DNA from: Chamaesiphon sp. | GTDB lineage: Bacteria; Cyanobacteriota; Cyanobacteriia; Cyanobacteriales; Chamaesiphonaceae | Direction: 5' to 3' | NCBI RefSeq assembly: GCF_041738855.1 | Contig: NZ_JBGSPA010000169.1 | Coordinates: 34,803 to 58,802 of the forward strand | DNA: 24,000 bases | Part shown: one piece after another, positions 6,226-13,479 of the stretch | How the letters are laid out: each line of letters begins with the position of its first letter | Numbering within the stretch: position 1 is the first letter of the stretch | Translations under genes and position numbers: made by a program | Notes under the pieces: model-generated | What the model was told of the DNA's origin: nothing | The model's input: only the letters and a program-made list of their open reading frames with translations | The model's database searches: none

Positions 6226-8547
6226 TTACCGAGTATAGTATGCTCCTGAAGATTGACTATCGCTGACCATATTCACTACTAGACCCAAAACTGTAACTTT
6301 AGATACCGCTAATGTTCTCAATGAGTTTCGCAAAACTTCACGGTAGACTTTACCGAGTCTAGTTACCATCAGTAGTCCATCGGTGTAGGGAATCAATAAT
6401 AATGAATCTGCAAAATTTAGTGGGACAGTATCGTAAATAACTAGGTCAAAATTATGTTGACAATTCTCCATCAGATCTCGCATTCTTTTTGAGCTTAAAA
6501 TGCTAGTGGGATCTAAGGCAACTGAACCAGCTAAGAGAATATATAAGTTTTCTTCCCCTGGTAATAGTTGAACTGTATCCATTAACTGTGAGGTTCCAGC
6601 AATAATATCAGTTAAGCCAGGGATGAGATTGCTGTTACTGTGTAGATCCGCTGGAGTTTGCAAATTATGGGTGGGTTTTCTGAGATCGGCATTAACCAAT
6701 AATACTCGCTGACCCATCGCCGCAGCCGCTTGAGCCAATTGAATCGAGATCGTAGTCTTACCTTCATCGGGTAATGATGAACTGACAACCAGCGATCTAA
6801 TTGGTGTATCTGGAGACAGCAGTCGAAGTTGAGAATTTAGTGCGCGAAAAGACTCAATAAATAACGAAAATCGATAGCGATTGCTCGTGCGAATATCATC
6901 ACCTTCACTCAGGAAAAATCGCCCCCGATTCGGTGTAGTATTGGCATTTTTGAGCGACTTCCGCTCATCTTCTCGCTCAGGAATCATTCCCAAAATTGCC
7001 AAATTGAGTTCTTCGCGTAAGTCTTTGAGTGAATAAATCACATCATTCATTTTATCGACGAGTATCGCCACTCCACTCCCTAGTAGGAGTCCGAGAATAG
7101 ATCCTAATGCGATATCCTTTAATAAACCAGAAGATGATATCTTTTTAACCGCAGGATTAGCAATTAGCTCCCACGGCACCTCTTGACGAGCGGCATTAAT
7201 CATCAATTCCTCACGTTTTTGAGAAAACTTGCTTGATTGTTCGGTGGCAGTCTTTAATTGTCTTTGCAGATTTTCATATTGACGCGAGATTACTGGTAGT
7301 TGCCCCGTTTCGATCGCTAAAACTTGGCTTGATTCATCGAGGCTCTTGAGCTTAGCTTCCAAAACTTCCACTTGGGTAGCAACAGCAATAAACTGTTTGC
7401 TGAGATCTTGCCGCAGTGCATTTTGATAGGGTAACGACTGGGCGTTGGGAATGCTTTGAGAGAGGTTGCTACCCAAAAGAGCAGTGGATTTGGCTTCCAA
7501 CAGTGGTAACAATTCTTTTCTTTTTTCCTGAAGCGAAACTATTTTTGGGTGTTCCGCTGTCAAGTCAGCTGATAAACTTTTCAACTCAATATCAATATCT
7601 TGAAGTTGTTTGACCAATTGTTGATATGCAGGAGCTTCACTGAGTACTGAAGCTGCTTCAGCACTTTTTGGCTGAAGTTGAAGTTGCTGCTCCAAAGAGC
7701 GATAGAGTTGTCTAGCTTTGGCTAGCTCCACTTGAGTTGTTTGTTGCTCCTGTTTCGTAGTGCTGAGTTGACTACCCAACTGAGTTCCCAGTGTAATCGG
7801 ATCGATTAACTGATTTTTCTCCCTAAAAGTCTGTAGTGCCGACTCTAAATCGCTAACCTGAGTTTTGATTTTGGGTAGTTGTTTATCTACAAACTGAATC
7901 GCTCGACGGACATTTGTTTGCCGTTCGCTCAAACTATATTGAATGTATGCACTAGAAATGAGATTTAGTACTTGTTCCGTCTCATTTGAAGATCGAGAGG
8001 CATAGCGGATTTCCAGGATTTTGGTTTCAGTTGTGTCTTTGAGGCGATCGATCTTCAGCGATGTCTTCAGTGTATCGTAAGAAATTTGAGGGTAATCTAT
8101 TTGGAGCTTGTTAACTACGGGAAGTAAAATTTTACTGCTGAGCAGTAACTGGATTTGAGTTGGATAATCCAACGTGGTTTTTGAGGATTGTGCACCGCCG
8201 AGATCTTGCTCTTCAACACTTGTCTGATTGCCAGTGATGGCAGAGACTACCTGTCCTTCGGCGGTAACTGGCTCGATCAATATTTTGAAGCTGCCTTCGT
8301 AGGCAGGCGGTCGAGTCCGATTCCAGACGATTGTCGCACCGATCGTGAGGATACCGATCGCTAGTACAATCCGCATCCGTCGCTGGATGGTATTTAAAAC
8401 TTGACCGAAATCCAAGCCCCCCTCATCAGCATTGGTACTGAGTGTAACTTCAGAATCGATCGTCGCACCAGGCGATCGCTGATTTAGGTGACTTTCGCTC
8501 CAATTATCTTCATCCGGTTGTAATTCACCTTTTACGACAATACTCAT
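6226..8547 (-). CDS. wzc: Polysaccharide co-polymerase / tyrosine autokinase (PCP-2a, Wzc/GumC-like)
   Basis: 773 aa. It has an N-terminal TM helix, a long coiled-coil periplasmic region, a second TM (IALGSILGLLLGSGVAILV), then a P-loop kinase domain with Walker A (SSLPDEGKTT), A' (LLVNADLRKP) and B (FDLVIYDTVP). Confidence 0.9.
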   Translation of the reverse strand: MSIVVKGELQPDEDNWSESHLNQRSPGATIDSEVTLSTNADEGGLDFGQVLNTIQRRMRIVLAIGILTIGATIVWNRTRPPAYEGSFKILIEPVTAEGQVVSAITGNQTSVEEQDLGGAQSSKTTLDYPTQIQLLLSSKILLPVVNKLQIDYPQISYDTLKTSLKIDRLKDTTETKILEIRYASRSSNETEQVLNLISSAYIQYSLSERQTNVRRAIQFVDKQLPKIKTQVSDLESALQTFREKNQLIDPITLGTQLGSQLSTTKQEQQTTQVELAKARQLYRSLEQQLQLQPKSAEAASVLSEAPAYQQLVKQLQDIDIELKSLSADLTAEHPKIVSLQEKRKELLPLLEAKSTALLGSNLSQSIPNAQSLPYQNALRQDLSKQFIAVATQVEVLEAKLKSLDESSQVLAIETGQLPVISRQYENLQRQLKTATEQSSKFSQKREELMINAARQEVPWELIANPAVKKISSSGLLKDIALGSILGLLLGSGVAILVDKMNDVIYSLKDLREELNLAILGMIPEREDERKSLKNANTTPNRGRFFLSEGDDIRTSNRYRFSLFIESFRALNSQLRLLSPDTPIRSLVVSSSLPDEGKTTISIQLAQAAAAMGQRVLLVNADLRKPTHNLQTPADLHSNSNLIPGLTDIIAGTSQLMDTVQLLPGEENLYILLAGSVALDPTSILSSKRMRDLMENCQHNFDLVIYDTVPLNFADSLLLIPYTDGLLMVTRLGKVYREVLRNSLRTLAVSKVTVLGLVVNMVSDSQSSGAYYTR

Positions 8548-8818
8548 TTACAACTAACCCTAAAAAGTATAAGCAGGTTAAAATACTTCTCAAACTGCAT
8601 CATTTGATGCAGTTTGTGGTCGGCAACTGCTCAAAACGTGCTGATATCGATCGCAACAGCCGTTAGGTATTTCTAAATTATGACTTCGAGTCGATGTTGT
8701 CAATTTTAACAATTGGAATACGTATGTGTGTAACAATTCAGCTATAAAGCTGATAGCACAATCTTCAGATCTGGTTGCTGCGATCGATCGGTAAGCTGCC
8801 AACAAATCTCCAGATCGC

Positions 8819-9130
8819 CTATTTTTTAAGCGGGTATCCAACATACAGCGGGATCTGTCTGCCACTACCGACATAATTGGGTAGGCTGCCAGCAGCTAGA
8901 TTGCGGACGAGTGTGCCCCTTGTTTCCCTCACATAGGTTGTGTAGTTTGGACCACCACCATGATTAACTTCTCCCAAGGTAATTGAGATGGCAGAATTAT
9001 GATTGATAAACATCGGATCGTTCTGTGTGCCATCAGCACTCGCCGTAGTGGTATAAGCCAAACCCCCCAGCAGCTCAGTTTTACCACCACTTTTGGTATC
9101 GATGAGTGTACCCCCGCGCTCGGTTTTTAG
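8819..9130 (-). pseudogene. 3' fragment (103 codons plus stop) of a small ORF split by the IS element
   Basis: The frame of tracked ORF 8819..9061 stays open upstream to 9130 (LKTERGGTLIDTKSGGKTELLGGLAYTTT...) and meets TAG at 9133-9131, just inside the proposed IS end. It has no credible start codon of its own. Confidence 0.55.
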
Positions 9131-9147
9131 CTAAACAGCAGGGAATT

Positions 9148-9178
9148 CCCACACCATAGCGTACCCGCTTGGTATGGG
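9148..9178 (+). repeat. Left-end (LE) subterminal imperfect hairpin of the IS
   Basis: cccacacca-t-agcg-tacc-cgct-tggtatggg: a 9-bp outer stem with one mismatch, a bulged T, a 4-bp inner stem and a 4-nt loop. The central 13 nt match the RE copy at 12 of 13 positions. Confidence 0.7.
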
Positions 9179-9320
9179 ATGAAAGGCGCGTGAGATGCGC
9201 GACGTTTTCGGGGGAAGCTTCCCCCGAAAAGCTCGCTTACGATTCCACCCGTCTGCAATCTGACAATTCGCGCGATCTTAGCAGTGGACGGGTGGATGAC
9301 GAAACGAACAAATTCCATGC

Positions 9321-9734
9321 TCAATCAACGGGTCGATCTTGTTCATCGATATATTTCCGTAACTGGTCAACAGTTACACCGCCACACGAAGCAATAAAGT
9401 ACCCACTTGTCCACAATACATCTTTCCAGTAAACCTGATTTACTTCGGTTACGAATTCTTTCCGTAGGTATCGACTAGATACAGTCTTGAGATTATTAAT
9501 TAACTTACTAGGCTCGGTTTGTGGCGTGTATTGAAGTAACAAATGTACGTGGTCGCGCTCACCACTGAATTCTACTAACCGCCCTTCCCACTTCTCCATC
9601 AAAGCTTTAAATATCTCTTCAAGCCTTGTTAACACTGCCTCAGTGAGAACTTTACGACGATATTTGGTCGTTAACACTAAGTGGCACTTGAGGTCAGAAA
9701 CCCCTCTCGCCTTATGGATAAAATCGCGGCTCAT
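9321..9734 (-). CDS. tnpA: IS200/IS605-family Y1 (HUH) transposase TnpA
   Basis: I prefer ATG 9734 (MSRDFIHKARGVSDLKCHLVLTTKYRRKVL). HUH motif in DHVHLLLQY. C-terminal SGYFIASCGG...LRKYIDEQ carries the Y-x3-Q catalytic tyrosine motif. 137 aa, the usual size. Confidence 0.9.
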   Translation of the reverse strand: MSRDFIHKARGVSDLKCHLVLTTKYRRKVLTEAVLTRLEEIFKALMEKWEGRLVEFSGERDHVHLLLQYTPQTEPSKLINNLKTVSSRYLRKEFVTEVNQVYWKDVLWTSGYFIASCGGVTVDQLRKYIDEQDRPVD

Positions 9735-9800
9735 TTGCTTGACACTAAATATTAGATGCTGATATGATAACACTAAGTTAAGTTCAAACGCCACAACGCT

Positions 9801-11183
9801 GTGAAAACAACGTATCAATACCAATTTTATCCCGACACTAAGCAAAAACTAGCCTTAAATGACTGGCTGAGAATTTGTCGCTACTGGTATAACCGCCAGT
9901 TGGGAGATCGGTTTGATTGGTGGGAAATGAATCGTACTGCGGTAAACGCTTGTCCACTAGTAACCAGTATCTCCGCTCCCAGAGAAAAGCCTAATTACTA
10001 TTCACAAAAGCAACAATTACCAATCATCAAACAAGACTTGGTAAAGGTCTTTCACAGTGGTGAGTTATTAGATTTCAAAGCAGTATATTCAACTGTTCTG
10101 CAAGATGTCTCCAAACGGGCAGATAAGGCGTTTGAGAGATTTATCATTGGAGATAGTAAGGGCGGTAAATCTGGTAGACCTCGGTTTAAAACTGAAGCAG
10201 ACTACCGGACAATGACCTTTGCAACTGCTGGTGATGACTGGATTAAACTAGTTCGCAAGAATTGGATCTACATTCGATTACCAAAGCTAGGAGTTATTAA
10301 GGTTAGGATGCACCGCTCTATCCCAGATGGTTTCACTATCAAACAAGCTAGTGTTACTAGAAAAGCTGATGGTTGGTACATTCAACTAATGCTTGAAGAT
10401 ACTTCTATACCTGACTTCACACCCGATGAAATTATTCCCACTTGGGATGACTCAATCGGTCTGGATGCAGTACTTTATGAGAATGTCTATCTGGCAACTT
10501 CAGAGGGCGAAAAGCTACCTTCACTCAAGCCACTACGCAAGAACCAGACTAAGCTTGACCGAATTTCAACTAAGCGGAATAAACGGAAACGTGGTTCTAA
10601 GGCTAGGCGTAAACTGGCAAAGAAAGAAGCTAGACAGCATCAGCGTATTGCTCGTTCTCGTCAAGATTTTCAGTACAAAACTGCTCATAAGCTTGTAAGA
10701 ACAGGGGCTAAATTCTTCTTCTATGAAGACTTAAATCTCCAAGGTTTAACCAAGCGAAATAAAGTTAAACAAGATGATGAGGGAACTTATCTTCCCAATG
10801 GTCAATCAGCTAAATCAGGACTGAATAAATCTTGGCTAGATGCTGCTTTTGGTCAATTTTTCAAGACACTGGACTACATAGCCGCAAAAGCTGGAGCAGT
10901 TGTCATTCCACAAAAGCCTGCTTATACCTCAATGGTACTCAGTTATCGGAATGAAATCATTTTCACCGATTGCAGTATGCGAGATTATTGGGATGAGCAG
11001 AACTCTCTAATGGTAGATCGCGACATTAATGCCGCGATCAATTTAAAGAGACTTGGGTTGGACATTTTCCCAAGTATAAAACGCCGTGGTGGGAATCTTT
11101 TCGTAGTTGGTTCTATGGATAATAGTACCATGAAGGAAATCATGCACACCCTTAATCGGGCTGCAAAGATGCCCACGTCATAG
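9801..11183 (+). CDS. tnpB: TnpB (OrfB_IS605 family, RuvC-like RNA-guided endonuclease family)
   Basis: GTG start, 460 aa, with a typical N-terminus (KTTYQYQFYPD). RuvC triad candidates are SIGLDAV, FFFYEDLNLQGL and VDRDINAAINL. The stop codon lies in the RE hairpin loop. The usual CxxC pairs after YTS are absent. Confidence 0.9.
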   Translation: MKTTYQYQFYPDTKQKLALNDWLRICRYWYNRQLGDRFDWWEMNRTAVNACPLVTSISAPREKPNYYSQKQQLPIIKQDLVKVFHSGELLDFKAVYSTVLQDVSKRADKAFERFIIGDSKGGKSGRPRFKTEADYRTMTFATAGDDWIKLVRKNWIYIRLPKLGVIKVRMHRSIPDGFTIKQASVTRKADGWYIQLMLEDTSIPDFTPDEIIPTWDDSIGLDAVLYENVYLATSEGEKLPSLKPLRKNQTKLDRISTKRNKRKRGSKARRKLAKKEARQHQRIARSRQDFQYKTAHKLVRTGAKFFFYEDLNLQGLTKRNKVKQDDEGTYLPNGQSAKSGLNKSWLDAAFGQFFKTLDYIAAKAGAVVIPQKPAYTSMVLSYRNEIIFTDCSMRDYWDEQNSLMVDRDINAAINLKRLGLDIFPSIKRRGGNLFVVGSMDNSTMKEIMHTLNRAAKMPTS

Positions 11184-11211
11184 CGTACTCGCTTGACGTG
11201 TGGTTATGTCA
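10980..11211 (+). ncRNA. Predicted omega-RNA (reRNA) scaffold overlapping the tnpB 3' end and RE (extent is a guess)
   Basis: By analogy with characterised TnpB elements, where the guide RNA scaffold derives from the tnpB 3' end plus RE and the guide is the adjacent flank. There is no direct evidence of a transcript in the sequence. Confidence 0.35.
11172..11203 (+). repeat. Right-end (RE) subterminal imperfect hairpin of the IS
   Basis: cccacgtca-t-agcg-tact-cgct-tgacgtgtgg has the same architecture as LE (bulged T, agcg/cgct inner stem). Confidence 0.7.
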
Positions 11212-11337
11212 CTCCCAAAATCCATAGTTTCCCACCGTTATTGGTGATGTGAGTGCCTGTATTTTCGACATTGAACTGTCTCGCCCATACGTTTTGCCGA
11301 TTAAATGTCCAAAGATAATGACGTTCGAGTTAGACAT
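11212..11337 (-). pseudogene. 5' fragment (42 codons) of the small ORF split by the IS element
   Basis: ATG at 11337 lies 3 nt after the stop of the upstream DUF218 gene (TAG ATA ATG). It reads MSNSNVIIFGHLIGKTYGRDSSMSKIQALTSPITVGNYGFWE, then TGA at 11211-11209 inside the IS. Confidence 0.5.
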
Positions 11338-11340
11338 TAT

Positions 11341-11985
11341 CTAAATATTGAAGATACGTACAGATAAGTAAGCAAGGAGTTCAGAAATAACTGTCCGAAT
11401 TCCTTCACTAGAATGCCACCAACTTTTTGGATTGTAGTTTAATGGTTCGCCTGCAATAATCCCAATAGATATTTTAGGTTCGAGGATATCTTTAAAAAGC
11501 AACCAACTGCGGCGGGCATGGGTACCGAGGGTAAACAGATTGAGTGATGTTATTTGGAGTTCTGAAGTTGCTAACCATTGAGCGATCGTCATAGCAGAAC
11601 TGGATGTTCGACCTGGAGAATGGCTCAGATCGGCGATGATTAGCAGGTGCTGTGGCTCGACACCAAGCGCGATTAAAGTGGCAGCAGAGAGTTCAGCAAA
11701 GTTGGCATATTCTGATAGATAAAACCCTCTTGGTATAGCCCCGCCAATGGTAATCAGTTTTTGATATGCACCATTTTTGAATTCAGTGGCTGCTGACTGA
11801 AGTGCGTAATCTGGCAGCCATCCTTCCACAACTAAAATATCTGCTATGATGGGCGAGCTTTTAGCTAAGAAATTATGGAGATTTAAAATTGTCAAAGAGA
11901 TCGCCGCAGCTATGCAGATTGTTGAAAATACAAAGGCTACTATTTCTCTGCCTTCGATGTGGATGCAAAAAGTAGTGATGAGCAT
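11341..11985 (-). CDS. DUF218 (ElyC/SanA/YdcF family) protein
   Basis: 214 aa. An N-terminal TM helix is followed by ILVVEGWLPDYALQSAATEFKNGAYQKLITIGG...GTHARRSWLLF...WWHSSEGIRTVISELLAYL, which resembles cyanobacterial ElyC/YdcF-type proteins as I recall them. Confidence 0.6.
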   Translation of the reverse strand: MLITTFCIHIEGREIVAFVFSTICIAAAISLTILNLHNFLAKSSPIIADILVVEGWLPDYALQSAATEFKNGAYQKLITIGGAIPRGFYLSEYANFAELSAATLIALGVEPQHLLIIADLSHSPGRTSSSAMTIAQWLATSELQITSLNLFTLGTHARRSWLLFKDILEPKISIGIIAGEPLNYNPKSWWHSSEGIRTVISELLAYLSVRIFNI

Positions 11986-11998
11986 TAATATTTAGTAG

Positions 11999-13036
11999 TT
12001 ACCAATTATCGACTCGCATAAAATTTTTGGGAATGTACCTACCAACTAGAGGATACTTATCTCTCCAGGTGAGATAACCTTGGAGATGGGCTGGTAGCTG
12101 CCTGTCAAATTCGACAATTTGCCTACTTGAGAGGGGCGACCTGTCGCAGTAGAACGGGTTCTTGGGACGGTAGCTAAAATAGTGAAAAAATATCGCCGAT
12201 CGATCGGTGTCGATTGGGGGCTTGCCCCGATGATAGCAGCGGGCAGTGTCGGTAAAAATCACTGTTCCTGCCGTCCCAATGCAAGAAGTGAACCAATCAT
12301 CGGAGCTATTGTTTAGCAACTGTTGCATTTCGGTATGGGTCAATCCCTTGTATTTGGGGAGAGTTTCCACCAGCCAGTTATTTGTGGCTGACTTGACGCA
12401 CTGGTAAGGACCGCCGGACTCAGCGACATCGTTTAAATAAACGGCAACTTTAATCATTCTCCAGTCTTCCTTATCACGGTGCCAGATCCGCGGACCGACA
12501 TCTCTACTATCTGCCACGCTGTAATAAAACGACAAGCCACCGTAACCGACAGGCAAACCCAGATAGCATTCGACAATTTTGACAATCCGCTCGGAAAGAC
12601 CCCAGTAAAGAATTTCTGGGTGTTCGAGCAAATGATTGGCAGTTGCCATCAAGGTATGTTTGCCAATATGACTGGGCGCACGCGATAGTTGGGCAAGTTC
12701 TTTGGTAATTGGTGCGGCTGCATCCAAGAGCCGTTGACTATCGGGGATCGCCAAAGCCTCTAGTGATGTGATACAGATGCCCTCATACTCGAGTCGATCG
12801 ACAATGGCTCGTTCGCCAGCCTCAAGCTTGGGCAGATTTTGTTTGTGTCGATCGCGCCAATCGTGATATTGGGGCAACAGTACCGATCGCTCGAACCAAT
12901 CGGTACTGTTCATCGTACAGGCCAGATCGGAGGGGAGGCTTAACACCTTGTTAGCCACCCGATTGGCTAGATAATAGAGTGGATATAGATTGTTGAGACG
13001 TAGATGCTGGAGCTGAAATAAGGTATTTGTGCGCAT
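11999..13036 (-). CDS. PhyH-like Fe(II)/2-oxoglutarate-dependent dioxygenase
   Basis: 345 aa. HxD in RIWHRDKEDW and a distal His/Arg region (VIFTDTARCYHRGKPP) match the phytanoyl-CoA-dioxygenase-type facial triad layout. Confidence 0.6.
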   Translation of the reverse strand: MRTNTLFQLQHLRLNNLYPLYYLANRVANKVLSLPSDLACTMNSTDWFERSVLLPQYHDWRDRHKQNLPKLEAGERAIVDRLEYEGICITSLEALAIPDSQRLLDAAAPITKELAQLSRAPSHIGKHTLMATANHLLEHPEILYWGLSERIVKIVECYLGLPVGYGGLSFYYSVADSRDVGPRIWHRDKEDWRMIKVAVYLNDVAESGGPYQCVKSATNNWLVETLPKYKGLTHTEMQQLLNNSSDDWFTSCIGTAGTVIFTDTARCYHRGKPPIDTDRSAIFFHYFSYRPKNPFYCDRSPLSSRQIVEFDRQLPAHLQGYLTWRDKYPLVGRYIPKNFMRVDNW

Positions 13037-13479
13037 GATCGTTCACTTGTTCGATAGATTTTCAGACTAGCGAGTCACAGCCGGAAGTTCTCCCGTTTGA
13101 GTGGCTAAGTTTTAGCTTGCCGCGTAACGCTCTGTGTAGAGAAATCAATTACCAATCGAGATAGACCACAACTTTTTCGTCCCAACTTGCTGTCGCCGCC
13201 TGCCCGCAATCGCGAAACTTATCATGACGATGACTAGTTTCAAAATATTCTTTGCCCAAACTATCGGTTAAATTAAAAATAGTGATTTAAGTTACAAGAG
13301 TTTCAGACTATTTAATATTTATAGCTACAATGATACATCAATCGATTGATTACTACAATTAATTTACCTGGAGCGATCGACTAGAAAAGTGCTTTGCATT
13401 ACGATGATTCGGATAGATTTCATCCCAGTTGCGGCGATCGATGATCGGTAAAAGTAACTAACAAGACACAGATCGATTG

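Larger units (their letters stand above)
9131..11211 (+). mobile_element. IS200/IS605-family insertion sequence (IS605-type, divergent tnpA/tnpB); ends approximate to a few bp
   Basis: It carries tnpA and tnpB plus matching subterminal hairpins, 17 nt inside the left end and 8 nt inside the right end. Both halves of the host ORF hit stop codons immediately on entering these boundaries. I see no terminal inverted repeats or target-site duplication, as expected for this family. Confidence 0.8.

Noticed and set aside
8590-8874. 94-aa minus-strand ORF in the gap upstream of wzc
   Set aside because: It overlaps the 3' end of the split ORF in another frame. The product is Cys/Arg/Ser-rich with no motifs, and it spans the leader hairpin.
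9127-9432. ORFs 9127-9324 (-) and 9169-9432 (+) in the IS left arm
   Set aside because: They cover the LE hairpin and palindromic structures or overlap the tnpA 3' end. The region is better explained as structured non-coding IS DNA.
9735-9845. 37-codon N-terminal extension of the tracked tnpA ORF that overlaps the tnpB start
   Set aside because: TnpA proteins of this family are about 130-155 aa, and homology-like sequence begins at MSRDFIHKARG (ATG 9734). The extension would consume the divergent promoter spacer.
10393-10698. Alternate-frame 101-aa ORF inside tnpB (also 10985-11176 on the minus strand)
   Set aside because: Nested in the strongly supported tnpB frame, with no motifs.
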